Assembly: GCA_963797095.1 (NCBI GenBank)
Contig: CAWCNY010000002.1
Coordinates: forward strand, 800,001 to 864,000
Reading direction: 5' to 3'
DNA length: 64,000 nt
Source of the DNA: an uncultured Chloroflexia bacterium
GTDB lineage: Bacteria > Chloroflexota > Chloroflexia > QHBQ01 > JADMIH01
In this document: one piece after another, positions 40,642-50,337 of the stretch
Numbering within the stretch: position 1 is the first letter of the stretch
Layout: the number at the start of each line of letters is the position of its first letter
Position numbers and translations under genes: made by a program
Notes under the pieces: model-generated
What the model was told of the DNA's origin: nothing
Databases searched by the model: none
Seen by the model: only the letters and a program-made list of their open reading frames with translations

Positions 40642-42115
40642 CAGGGCTGATGCAAAGTCATCTAGGCAGCCCCAGCAATAGATTGAGTGGGTACCAGACG
40701 CAAGTAGTGTGGCCGGTGGCGGCTGTGGGTGTGCGGGTGGCCATGGCGGTATTGATAAGACCATAGAGCGCGATCAAGGCGATAGTGGAAGGCACGCTGT
40801 GCAGCAGGTAGATTGGCAGCGCTGTCTGTTGCACAGCGTGCGTGGTGAACAACCAGCCCCACCACAACGCTATTGAGTGTAGCCATCACACGTGGGGCAC
40901 CACCCAATCTCACCTGAGAATGGTCTTCATCCAGGCTCACGTCCCTTCGGTGATGTAGACCATTCTCTATTCCCCAATGCTCTCTCACTACCTGTAGGAG
41001 CCTGTGTGGAGAGGCTGTCGTGCATGGCAGGCTGGTTACTCCATAATGCACTGTCTCACGTATCTGTCCCAGCCTGTCCTCCACTCGGCACTTGAGCTTG
41101 AACACTTGCTCCAGATAAGGCCAATCCGAGTAGCCTTTGAGCAGACTGCTCACCCATATCTGCCTCTCCTCCACTCGTCCATGTCCTTTGTTGGTGCTGC
41201 TTGCCCACTGCAGGTCGGCTGGCACAGGAAAGAGAGAGGCTTCAGTCTTGCTTGCGGGTGGCGGGTCGAACAGCAGACGGATATCTTCGAGCAACTGGGG
41301 CTGGTTATCCTTTACCTTCCACAGGTAGTCTCCCCCACCTTCTACCACCTCAACAGACAGGTTGCGCTGGGCAAACATTGGCTCTGCCAACATGGCGTCT
41401 CCTGTGATCACAGCACCATGCAGGTCGAGTTGAGCCAGTCCAGCAAAGTAGGAGCTACGGTTAGCTCGTTAGCCTTCTCTTGTACCTCTACCTGGGCCAG
41501 CACCACCCCTGCTTGTGGTAGGTAAGCGCACACCAGATGCACACCTTGCGTCTGCCCAAGTGGGATGGTATCTCGCAAGGTCTTGCCGTCTATGGCTATT
41601 ACAAGACCACCTCTGCGTCGGCGCTTCTTCTGTATACGTGCAGAGCACAAGCACAACTCCTTGAAGAACCCATTTACTGCCTTGTCCAACTCGCAAGGGT
41701 CGACAGCCGTGGCGAAGATGCGGCTCCATGTGGTGGGGTGTGGCAGGGTGCATCTTCCAAAGCCAAGCAGATCGCACAGTTGGCCGGAGCGCAGCCGCGC
41801 CCACTCTGCCACTGCTCTAAGCTTGCTGTGACCAGCCAGCTTGGCGAGCACTGCCACTGTGAGCACCACAGGCAGTGGGTAACGCACGCCTCTGGGACGG
41901 CGCAGGTCCTTTATGGTCTGGAACCGTTCAGCTAGAGCCTGCAAGCTGAAGGCAAACGGCTCATCGGGTAGTTGCACGTTCAAGGGCAGCATGGTACATT
42001 TCATGGCACATAGCACCTCTCTTAGGTTTGATGGTTGTTCGGTAACTCGCATCCTATCCTATGAAGGTGCTATTTGCTGCTCTTTCCTCACTATTCTGAC
42101 TTTGCATCAGCCCTG
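40642..42115 (-). mobile_element. ISAs1-family element
   Basis: Perfect 19-bp TIR CAGGGCTGATGCAAAGTCA. 10-bp target duplication GAGGATGCAA (40632-40641 and 42116-42125). Confidence 0.93.
40662..42005 (-). pseudogene. ISAs1 transposase, frameshifted near 41435
   Basis: DLRRPRGVRYPL, IAIDGKTLR, NEL, then a frame change, then ITGDAM, VKDNQP, HGRVEER, HWGIENGLH. Removing a 5-bp insertion restores LLAQLDLHGAVITGDA. Confidence 0.88.
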
Positions 42116-42155
42116 GAGGATGCAAAGTCGGTACTCGACACACCAAGATCGGATG

Positions 42156-42242
42156 TGTCATTCTGAACGACGTGAAGAATCTAAAATGCCAGGCACAGTA
42201 CCAGTCCAAGATCCCAGATTCTTCACGTCGTTCAGAATGACA
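42156..42242. repeat. 27-bp perfect inverted repeat (REP-like) inside the MITE
   Basis: TGTCATTCTGAACGACGTGAAGAATCT ... AGATTCTTCACGTCGTTCAGAATGACA. Confidence 0.85.
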
Positions 42243-42314
42243 AGGTGTAGATGGGCGGCGTTTCCCACCGCCTTAACTGACTTTGCATCCCCCCTGGTCA
42301 ACACACTCAAATCA

Positions 42315-42343
42315 TTGACACCTTACACCCCTGCTGGTATGAT
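42315..42343 (+). promoter_or_regulatory. Sigma70 promoter for DUF2087 gene and ispH
   Basis: TTGACA-17 bp-TATGAT with an extended TG. Confidence 0.7.
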
Positions 42344-42366
42344 CTATAGTAGGGAGGGATTGCCTT

Positions 42367-42987
42367 GTGATTACCAATGACGAACAAAACAACTCCGAAA
42401 CGGAGCCGGACGAACATACAGAAGATGATCTCGACACTCTCCAGCCACTGCTGGTGCTCGCGACCGCCTTGCTGGATACTGATCGCCTTCGGATCGTGGG
42501 CCTACTGGCCGGGGCCCATGCCAATCGCATGGAACTGGCCCAGGCAACCGGCCTCTCCCACAAAGAGCTACTGCATCACCTCGATACCCTCCAGAGCTTC
42601 GGCATAGTCAAGCTTCAGGAGCCCGCCCCCCGCGAGCCCGATCCCTACAGCCGCTACGAGCTAAACGCCGAGACCTTCAGGCAAGCCCGTCAAGCCATGG
42701 GCAAGTTCAAGGGCGTACGCAAGCGCCCCTCCGATACCAGGTTAATGATCCTGGAAACATTTATGCCTAACGGCAAGTTGACTGCTATGCCCTTGAAGCA
42801 ACCTCAGATAGTCACCATCCTCGAAGAGATAGCCCAGAAGTTCGACCCCGAAAGACAATACTCGGAGCGCGAAGTAAACGTAATATTAGAAGACGTCCAC
42901 GAAGACTACGTAACAATCCGCCGCTATCTGGTAGACTACGGCTACCTCAACCGCACCCGCGATGGCAGCGTCTATAGAAAGTCATAA
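42367..42987 (+). CDS. wHTH plus DUF2087 domain protein
   Basis: RLRIVGLL...HHL..L HTH; C-terminal YSEREVN.IL...DYVTIRRYLVDYG.L.R. Confidence 0.85.
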   Translation: MITNDEQNNSETEPDEHTEDDLDTLQPLLVLATALLDTDRLRIVGLLAGAHANRMELAQATGLSHKELLHHLDTLQSFGIVKLQEPAPREPDPYSRYELNAETFRQARQAMGKFKGVRKRPSDTRLMILETFMPNGKLTAMPLKQPQIVTILEEIAQKFDPERQYSEREVNVILEDVHEDYVTIRRYLVDYGYLNRTRDGSVYRKS

Positions 42988-43069
42988 CGAGTACCGAGTG
43001 CCGAGTACCACGAAGTACGCAATACGAAGTACGCAGTAAGCAGTAAAACCAGCGCCAACAGGATCACCA

Positions 43070-44050
43070 ATGGAAATAAAGCTAGCAAAAGAAATGGGCA
43101 TGTGCTTCGGGGTCAAGATGACCCTCGACCAGATCGATGATGCCATCAAAACCCGCGAAGGGATCGATACGCTCGGCACGCTCGTCCACAACCCTCAGCT
43201 TGTGGACAAACTGAGCGGCCAGCACATAGAAGTGGTGAACGGCCTTGAAGACGCCCGTAACAAGACCGTGGCGGTCACCGCCCACGGCGCGGCCCCCGAA
43301 GTATACCGCCGCGTGCAGGCCCAGGGCCTTGAACTGCTCGACACCACCTGCCCCCTCGTCACCCGCGTGCAGCAGCTTGCCAAAAAGCTCATGCAGGAAG
43401 GAGATTGGGTGATCGTCTACGGCGACGCTCCCCACCCCGAAGTCAAAGGCATCCTCGGCTGGGCCAACTCTATCTTCGACGAGCTACCCGAGGAAGGCGC
43501 AACAAGCGAAGACGGTGACAAGAAAGACACAAGCAAAGTGCGTAGCTGGAACGCCCGCCGCGCCATCTGCGCCAAGAGCATTGAAGAGATCGAGGCCGCC
43601 CTGGCCGCCGACGGCACCCCCGCCGCCAAGATACGCAAGATCGCCATCGTATCGCAGACCACCCAGAACACCGAGTGGTTCAAGGCCTTCGTGCGCGATG
43701 TGGTCTCGCGTTTCCTCGAATTCGGCTGCGAGGTCCACGCCCACAATACCATCTGCCTGCCCACCGCCAAACGCCAGCCCGCCGCCGTCGATCTCGCCAA
43801 AGAAGTAGACATAATGATCGTGGTCGGTGGCTACGAGTCGGCCAACACCCGCCATCTTCGCGATATCTCAGCCGAGTTCTGCCCCGCCTACCACATTGAG
43901 CGCCCTGAGCAGCTACATGAAGAGTGGTTCCACGGCGTCAAAACAGTGGGTGTAACAGCCGGAGCCTCCACCCCCGACTATGTAATCAAGGAAGTAGTAG
44001 ACGCCCTCGAAGCCCTCGATGAGCGCATGAAAGCCGCGCCCGCCTCCTAA
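43070..44050 (+). CDS. ispH: 4-hydroxy-3-methylbut-2-enyl diphosphate reductase
   Basis: GMCFGV, LVHNP, AHG, DTTCPLV, HPEV, SQTT, NTICLPT, SANT, GVTAGASTP. Confidence 0.95.
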   Translation: MEIKLAKEMGMCFGVKMTLDQIDDAIKTREGIDTLGTLVHNPQLVDKLSGQHIEVVNGLEDARNKTVAVTAHGAAPEVYRRVQAQGLELLDTTCPLVTRVQQLAKKLMQEGDWVIVYGDAPHPEVKGILGWANSIFDELPEEGATSEDGDKKDTSKVRSWNARRAICAKSIEEIEAALAADGTPAAKIRKIAIVSQTTQNTEWFKAFVRDVVSRFLEFGCEVHAHNTICLPTAKRQPAAVDLAKEVDIMIVVGGYESANTRHLRDISAEFCPAYHIERPEQLHEEWFHGVKTVGVTAGASTPDYVIKEVVDALEALDERMKAAPAS

Positions 44051-44059
44051 TACTACTTT

Positions 44060-44476
44060 TCATGATCCCGCTTGCGGGATCGCCCCAAGCTGCCTCAGCA
44101 TCCCCAGTTGATCCCAGTTATCCCAGTGCTCTGCGTACTTCCCGTTCTCCATGCGCACAATGTCGATCCCCGTCACCGACACCTTGTTGCCCGTCGGTGG
44201 TATCCCAAGTAGCTCACCTTTGTGCGTGGCCGCGAAAGACCAGCGCGCTACGCTCTTATCCCCCGACGTGATCAAGTCCTCAAGAGTAAAGTGCGCATCC
44301 GGGAAAGCGTTCAAAAGCATGGTGAAGAACTGCTTCGCCCCTTCACGCCCCGGTGGCACGCCCGGGCTGTGCTGAATATAGTGTGCCGCGATAATATCGT
44401 CTAGCGCATCGATATCCCCGCTATTCATAGCATCAATGAACCGCACTACCGGGTTCACATCTGTCGTAGCTACCAT
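44060..44476 (-). CDS. SnoaL-like ester cyclase family protein
   Basis: AFPD, THKGELLGIPPTG, EHWDNWDQLGMLRQLG. Confidence 0.9.
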   Translation of the reverse strand: MVATTDVNPVVRFIDAMNSGDIDALDDIIAAHYIQHSPGVPPGREGAKQFFTMLLNAFPDAHFTLEDLITSGDKSVARWSFAATHKGELLGIPPTGNKVSVTGIDIVRMENGKYAEHWDNWDQLGMLRQLGAIPQAGS

Positions 44477-44507
44477 CTTGATATCCTCCTATCACTGTTA
44501 GCGTCTG

Positions 44508-44975
44508 CTAAACAGCAGCCCCCGTGCGATCTCCTTCAAGCAACCTTGCTTCCATCAGGACCTTCAAGTTCTCCAGGTCGGTCTGGAACTGCCTCTTTGC
44601 TGCCTTCTGGAAGATCGGCGCAGTCAGCTTGAAGAAGCCTCCTGTCTCCCCTTCCACTATCATGGTCACCTTCGTTCCCTCGCCCTTCGTCTCAAACGAA
44701 TAGTGGAACTCGAACGGGAACGGTCCCCCCTCCGACTTGAGCGAAAATCTCATGGGCGCATCATATTCGCTGATCACCGAATCTGATTCCACTGTCCGCC
44801 CCAGGAATCGCGTTGCCTGGTGGAATCTGCTGCCTGCCTGCACAGGCTCGCTCGTCAGCATTCTGCTGTCAATTACGCCGGATACCCACTGTTTCGTCTT
44901 ATAGACCCTGCTGATGGCATCAAACACTTCCTCTATCGGCCTGTTGATGGCGACACTTGCTTCCACGTAAATCAT
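44508..44975 (-). CDS. SRPBCC/START-like family protein
   Basis: SVAINRPIEEVF...DLENLKVLME; AGGAG RBS. Confidence 0.85.
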   Translation of the reverse strand: MIYVEASVAINRPIEEVFDAISRVYKTKQWVSGVIDSRMLTSEPVQAGSRFHQATRFLGRTVESDSVISEYDAPMRFSLKSEGGPFPFEFHYSFETKGEGTKVTMIVEGETGGFFKLTAPIFQKAAKRQFQTDLENLKVLMEARLLEGDRTGAAV

Positions 44976-45145
44976 GACTTCTGTTCTCCTTGAAGATATC
45001 TGAGCTAAAAACAAAACGCCTCTGTGAGCCGCCGGCATTCACTACCGCCATTCTCAACAAAGGCATTTTGATCCTATCAGGTGTCCACCCGCAAGGTCAT
45101 ATTCTGCTCATTCTCTATTCAGTTGTATTCCACCAACCTACCCGT

Positions 45146-45640
45146 CTACATATGGCAGGACGACAGCCCGCGCTTCTCAAGGTACTGCTGGTGGTAATCC
45201 TCGGCGCGGTAGAACGGCCCGACCGCCACGATCTCAGTCACAATCGGCTTGCGCCACTTACCGCTAGCCTCAAGCGCCGCCTTCGATGCTCGTGCCTCCT
45301 CCTCCTGCTCAGGCGAATGGAAGAAGATAGCCGACCTGTACTGCGTTCCGATGTCCCAACCCTGGCGGTTCAGAGTGGTAGGGTTATGGTTGTCCCAGAA
45401 CACCCGCAACAGGTCTTCGTAAGACACTCTTGCGGGGTCGTAAGTGACCTCCACCACCTCGGCGTGCCCGGTCCGACCGGAGCAAACATCCTTATAAGTG
45501 GCATTAGGGTAGTTGCCCCCGCTATATCCGACAGCAGTAGCCACTACACCCTTGATCTGCCGAAAAGACGCCTCAACACCCCAGAAGCACCCTGCTCCAA
45601 ATGTAGCCTTCTGCAATGTACCGTTTATTGTATTCTCCAT
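45146..45640 (-). CDS. msrA: Peptide methionine-S-sulfoxide reductase
   Basis: [31 protein letters not shown]. Confidence 0.97.
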   Translation of the reverse strand: MENTINGTLQKATFGAGCFWGVEASFRQIKGVVATAVGYSGGNYPNATYKDVCSGRTGHAEVVEVTYDPARVSYEDLLRVFWDNHNPTTLNRQGWDIGTQYRSAIFFHSPEQEEEARASKAALEASGKWRKPIVTEIVAVGPFYRAEDYHQQYLEKRGLSSCHM

Positions 45641-45662
45641 CTTCTAAATCTCCTATCTTACC

Positions 45663-45777
45663 CGGTAGTCGGTAGTCGGTAGTCGGAACTCAAATGCCTC
45701 TCAACCGACTACCGACTACCGACTACCGACTACCGACTACCGACTACCGACTACTGACTACTGACTACCGACTACCA
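45663..45777. repeat. Heptamer tandem repeats in inverted arrangement, (CGGTAGT)3 ... (ACCGACT)~10
   Basis: Directly visible between msrA and msrB; overlaps the msrB stop codon. Confidence 0.9.
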
Positions 45778-46172
45778 TCCCTATCCAACTTCAACGCCGC
45801 CGAATTGATGCAATACCGCAACCCTGTCGGTCGCGGGCCATCGTCGAATACATGCCCCAGGTGCGCATCGCATGTGCTGCACAGCACTTCGGTGCGCCGC
45901 ATCCAGAAGCTGTTGTCCGATTCCGTTTCCACGTTCTCCTCATTAATAGGCTTGTAGAAGCTGGGCCACCCGGTCCCCAACTCGAACTTCGCATCCGAGC
46001 TAAACAACTCCGCGCCGCAGCATACACACCTGTAAACTCCCTTGTCATGCGTGAAGGCATATTCGCCCGTAAAGGCGCGTTCTGTGCCCTTCTGGCGGGC
46101 GATCCGGTACTGCTCCGGCGTGAGCAACACTCTCCATTCGCGGTCACTCTTTACTATCTTACTCTTCTCCAT
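45765..46172 (-). CDS. msrB: Peptide methionine-R-sulfoxide reductase
   Basis: [34 protein letters not shown]. Confidence 0.97.
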   Translation of the reverse strand: MEKSKIVKSDREWRVLLTPEQYRIARQKGTERAFTGEYAFTHDKGVYRCVCCGAELFSSDAKFELGTGWPSFYKPINEENVETESDNSFWMRRTEVLCSTCDAHLGHVFDDGPRPTGLRYCINSAALKLDRDGSR

Positions 46173-46339
46173 ATAATTGCCTCCATAATTCGGACGTTAT
46201 AGTCCTCATAGTTATTGTATACCTTAATCATTACGCATCTATTGCGTACATTGGGGCATTATTACACTTTCGCACGCATTCAAAAACCGTGTGTAGAGGC
46301 GTTCTCTACCGCACCTGGCTGCGTCCCTAAATCGACCGC

Positions 46340-47248
46340 TCAAAGGATGAATTCACCCCGCCCCATGTAATGGCACTGCCCGCCGACGCGTGCCGCCGTG
46401 TACTCACCACCCTCGCTATCTACCTCTATATGAATATAGCTGGGGCGACCTATCTCCAGTCCCTGCTCGCTAACAATATGTGCGTCAGGCGCTGCTATCC
46501 CGTAATGGACAAGGTACGCACCCAGCGGGCCGCTTGCCGCCCCCGTCGCCGGGTCCTCCGTGATGCCCAGCCCCGGCGCGAACATCCGGCTGTGCACCGT
46601 CGATCCAGCCGTTTCCACCTCTTGCGTGAACGCGAATAGCCCATCCGCCTCGTACTGCTGCACCAATTGCCTGCAAGCCCCTGAGTTCAGACTTATTCCT
46701 TTGGTATCGGCCAACCTGTTTAACGGCACATACAGGAACGGCACGCCCGTCGAAACGACCTGCACAGGATACCGATCCGAAATAGCCTCTTCCGGCAGCG
46801 ATAACGCCTCCCGCACCAACACATGGTCCTCGATAATGGTCCCGAACTGAGGCTTCGGCTGCGTCATCCATATCATAGATGGCTCGTCCCCTTCACCGTC
46901 GTAATTTATCCTGACCGGGATGTCACCCACCACTTCCTCAAGCACCGCCAAAGTTGGATTGCCTGTCTTCGCAATAAGCCCCACTCGTGACAGCACATAG
47001 GTCGTGCCGACAGTGGGGTGCCCCGCCATCGGCAGTTCCTTGTCAGGCGTGAATATCTGCACCCGAAAATCGTTAGCCGCGTTCGAGGGCGGCAGCACAA
47101 AGGTTGTCTCCGACAGGTTTAGCTCTTTCGCCAGCCGTGGTCTCAACTCCGAAGGCACCTGCACCCCTTCCGTAAACACCGCAAGTTGGTTGCCTCCAAA
47201 CGCCCGCTCGGTAAACACATCTACTAAATGGTAAGGATAGCTCGACAT
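46340..47248 (-). CDS. PhzF-family isomerase
   Basis: VDVFT...[39 protein letters not shown]. Confidence 0.93.
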   Translation of the reverse strand: MSSYPYHLVDVFTERAFGGNQLAVFTEGVQVPSELRPRLAKELNLSETTFVLPPSNAANDFRVQIFTPDKELPMAGHPTVGTTYVLSRVGLIAKTGNPTLAVLEEVVGDIPVRINYDGEGDEPSMIWMTQPKPQFGTIIEDHVLVREALSLPEEAISDRYPVQVVSTGVPFLYVPLNRLADTKGISLNSGACRQLVQQYEADGLFAFTQEVETAGSTVHSRMFAPGLGITEDPATGAASGPLGAYLVHYGIAAPDAHIVSEQGLEIGRPSYIHIEVDSEGGEYTAARVGGQCHYMGRGEFIL

Positions 47249-47291
47249 TTGTTACTCCCTTCAACCCGCAATAGAAACCAGGAACCAGGCA

Positions 47292-48014
47292 CTACTTACT
47301 CGCCTCATACAATCCTACAGCTACCGCCACCGGGAGGTTCAGCGAATCGATCTTCGTGCTGTGTGGGATGGTGACAGGTGTACCGATCTCCCTGTACGTC
47401 TCAGGCAACCCTGCTGACTCGTTGCCGAAAATAAGCGTGAATGGCCGCTCAAGCCGTGCTGTACTCAATCTCACACTCTCTCCCGTCATAAAGGGATAAA
47501 GCCTCCGCGAAGCAATCCCATACACGGCTCTATAACCCTCAAAATCCTCAAAGTACTGGAAGTCAATATCAAACAGCGCTCCCATCGAGGCCCTCACCAC
47601 TCGCGGGTCAAAAATATCGGCGGCAGGTCGCACCAACCCCAGGTTAGTAACCCCAAACCCCACCATAGTGCGAATGATCGTGCCCAGGTTGCCCATATCC
47701 GAAGGGTTCACCAGCAGCACATGGTCGGCCTCGTCCTTCAGCCTGCTCTCATACTTGCGGAACACCCCCACCACATAAGCATTCTCTTTAGGAGCCAACC
47801 GCTCCACGGCCCTTGTATTGATCTCAAAAGCTATTCCACGCTTACTACACAGGTCGTCCAGCTTCGCCACGCCCTTGTTCCGCAGTCCCGCCTCGCTCAC
47901 CAGCACCCTGATCACAACATCCGGCCTGTGTTGCACCAACTCCACCGTAGGAAACACCCCAAACGTATACGAGTGCCCGAGCTCCTTCTTATACGATTTC
48001 AGCGGAACATCCAT
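47292..48014 (-). CDS. TrmH/SpoU-family RNA methyltransferase
   Basis: DMGNLGTIIRT, VRASMGA, IFGNESAGL, SLNLPVA. Confidence 0.9.
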   Translation of the reverse strand: MDVPLKSYKKELGHSYTFGVFPTVELVQHRPDVVIRVLVSEAGLRNKGVAKLDDLCSKRGIAFEINTRAVERLAPKENAYVVGVFRKYESRLKDEADHVLLVNPSDMGNLGTIIRTMVGFGVTNLGLVRPAADIFDPRVVRASMGALFDIDFQYFEDFEGYRAVYGIASRRLYPFMTGESVRLSTARLERPFTLIFGNESAGLPETYREIGTPVTIPHSTKIDSLNLPVAVAVGLYEASK

Positions 48015-48357
48015 AATCACCAACCGCCCCTCGCACAAAGTCACCACCCACCTAAGCGGTATAACGCACCCCAAAATGGGTGTCAAGCCTCACGCGTCCA
48101 GGCGATAGTCTTCTTCCAAAACAGACGGGCGACCCCTAATTCCTACGAACGCTGATCTTGTTCAACGTGAGTTATCCCGCATACGCAATTATTGCATATT
48201 CGAAGACGGGCATCCGGCTCCAAACATGAGACATCCAGAATTTTCGCCGAATGCTCGCAAATATATAATCTGGTTCTAAAAAGAGCAAAATGGGATGAGT
48301 CTTTGTGCGCGAAGGACATAACTTCAGCCCTGCGTTACAATACACCGGGAGGAACCC

Positions 48358-48900
48358 ATGACCAACTCGGGAAACATGGTCTCAGTTGACATAGGCAACA
48401 CTCGCTTCAACTGTCGCGCCGTAGCCGTCATCCTCGACCGCGCCGAGCAGCGCGTTCTGATCCACAGGGCCGAGATCGATGACTTTTGGGCGCTGCCTGG
48501 CGGCAGATTAGAAATAGGCGAAACATCCGCCGAAGCCCTTGTGCGAGAAATGCGCGAAGAACTGGGCGTCGAAGTACAAGTTGAGCGCCTTCTATGGGTA
48601 TCCGAAGAATTCTTCGAGTATGTAAACATCCAATGGCACGGCATCGCTTTCTACTACCTGGCGCGCCTCCCCTCCGACTGCCCCTTCTACGACCAGGACG
48701 TCTGGTCAGGTTCGGAAGACTTCGTGGAAGACATTTTTGTGCCCGAACACCTTCGCGCTGAAGTCAACCATCTGGAATTGATCTTCCAGTGGTACAACCG
48801 CTACCATCTGCACGACCTCAACCTCTACCCGCGCTTCCTCCAAGATCACCTGCGTAACCTACCTGCCTCGCCTGAGCATATCATCCGCAAAGGCGACTGA
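48358..48900 (+). CDS. NUDIX hydrolase
   Basis: NUDIX box LPGGRLEIGETSAEALVREMREELG. Confidence 0.93.
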   Translation: MTNSGNMVSVDIGNTRFNCRAVAVILDRAEQRVLIHRAEIDDFWALPGGRLEIGETSAEALVREMREELGVEVQVERLLWVSEEFFEYVNIQWHGIAFYYLARLPSDCPFYDQDVWSGSEDFVEDIFVPEHLRAEVNHLELIFQWYNRYHLHDLNLYPRFLQDHLRNLPASPEHIIRKGD

Positions 48901-48936
48901 TCCCACAGGCAACAGCACGCTCTAGCCCGATTGCAC

Positions 48937-48987
48937 AAGGGGTGCAGGGGTACTCCCCTGACAGGGGGATTGGGGGTGTCCCCCCAA
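48937..48987. repeat. GC-rich double-hairpin intergenic element
   Basis: CAGGGG-tact-CCCCTG followed by TGGGGG-tgtc-CCCCCA. Confidence 0.55.
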
Positions 48988-49173
48988 CTCTACTTCTTCT
49001 TATTGTAAGATTCATGAGGAGAGGTTGGAGTGGGGTCCTTGTCCCCAAAACCGTCCTTAAAGTACACCCCAAAACCTGTCCCGTTTTGCCCCACCAAAAG
49101 CATCAACTTAATGAGGGGAAGTCCAACCACCCACCAACCACACCATCCGAAATCCGAATGAAGGATGTACTTA

Positions 49174-50315
49174 ACTCACCTTACGCAGCCAGGCGAACAG
49201 GTTGAAGTTGGCGGAAGGTATCAAAGGCAACCTGCATGGCACGCAAGTAGATAGTGCTCTTTAGAGCAAAGTGGTTGAGATGATTGGACAGCTTCAACAA
49301 TTCGAGCTTGACGTACCCACACAAAGAGGCAAACAAATGGTTGGTCTGGGTGCACACTGTGTGAGTTGGCGAGCGTTCCAAAGAAGCATTCTGCTTCAGC
49401 GACTTGTGATACTCTTCCACGTTCCACCGTCTCTGGTAGATTGTGGTGATTTGGTCGAAGGTGCATGTCACATCCGAGCACACCAGATACTGGGTGATTT
49501 GACCACCATCTTCGTTTGCGAAGAGTTGCTTGACCAATATCAAGGGGAAGTCTATCCCTTCAAGATAGACCGTCCGCACCTCACCCGTCTCCAGCGGCAC
49601 ACTGTCCACACGCATGTACCAACCCTGTCGTTTGTCTCCCTCGGTAAAGGCCACCTTGCGGTTGGTCTTGAGAGGCATGATGAAATCCCCCTCCAATTCG
49701 ACTTTGACGAAGCGCATATTGTCCGCCGAGGCATACCACACGTCATTGAGCACGAAGTTGAGTACGAAGCGGAACAACACTTGGTTGTGCTTGGCTTGCC
49801 GCAACAACGCCTGATAGTGCTCGTTCTTACTGACCGGATCACGCCGCTTGGTTTTGCCGTCTTTAGGGTCCACATACTGCTCGGTCTTTCTTACCAACCG
49901 AAAACCCACGGGCAGCGACACCTCCAACTCAGGCACATGGTACAAGGCCGAGAGGAAGTTTATCCCCTTGACCGTTGTGCCTTTGGAGTGGTCATAGTGC
50001 CAGGCGATGATGTCGTTCTCATCTGTGTACGGCTTCTCCGAGATGGAGTCGTCCACGATGATGCACCCATCTTCCTGCTCAACGGCTCGCACATGAGGCT
50101 TGACAAAATGCCACAGGTCAGCAGAGGTGAACTCTCCCTTGGAGAGGAAGCGTTGAATGGGGTCATGGCTCACGCTTCCACTCAGCAATGCGCTCAAGCC
50201 CGTGCCGGTGGTCAGACCGAAAGAGCTTATCAGGTAGTCAGTGTACAGATCAAGCAGTTCTTTGTTCGTCATCCCTTTAGTCTACCATTCAACACTTCGG
50301 CTGCGTAAGGTGAGT
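49174..50315 (-). mobile_element. IS701-family element
   Basis: 17-bp perfect TIR ACTCACCTTACGCAGCC (49174-49190 and 50299-50315); no clear target duplication. Confidence 0.85.
49181..50272 (-). CDS. IS701-family transposase
   Basis: SHD.I.RFL, IIVDDS..EKPY, NDVWYAS, YQRRWNVEEYHKSLKQ. Confidence 0.9.
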   Translation of the reverse strand: MTNKELLDLYTDYLISSFGLTTGTGLSALLSGSVSHDPIQRFLSKGEFTSADLWHFVKPHVRAVEQEDGCIIVDDSISEKPYTDENDIIAWHYDHSKGTTVKGINFLSALYHVPELEVSLPVGFRLVRKTEQYVDPKDGKTKRRDPVSKNEHYQALLRQAKHNQVLFRFVLNFVLNDVWYASADNMRFVKVELEGDFIMPLKTNRKVAFTEGDKRQGWYMRVDSVPLETGEVRTVYLEGIDFPLILVKQLFANEDGGQITQYLVCSDVTCTFDQITTIYQRRWNVEEYHKSLKQNASLERSPTHTVCTQTNHLFASLCGYVKLELLKLSNHLNHFALKSTIYLRAMQVAFDTFRQLQPVRLAA

Positions 50316-50337
50316 ACATAAGTACGCCTCATTCGAC

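Larger units (their letters stand above)
40628..42296. mobile_element. ISAs1-type MITE (about 185 bp) interrupted by a full ISAs1
   Basis: Ends AAGGGAGGATGCAAAGTCGG (reconstructed) and CTGACTTTGCATCCCCCCTG. Flanks GTCAACACAT (40618-40627) and GTCAACACAC (42297-42306). Confidence 0.7.

Noticed and set aside
40400-42400. tRNA-anchored genomic island
   Set aside because: No integrase and no duplicated tRNA 3' end. The mobile elements lie upstream of the tRNA.
45663-45777. CRISPR array (also considered at 56480-56540)
   Set aside because: Short tandem units without unique spacers; no cas genes in the window.
49271-50308. 345-aa plus-strand ORF
   Set aside because: Antisense shadow of the IS701 transposase with no recognisable motifs.
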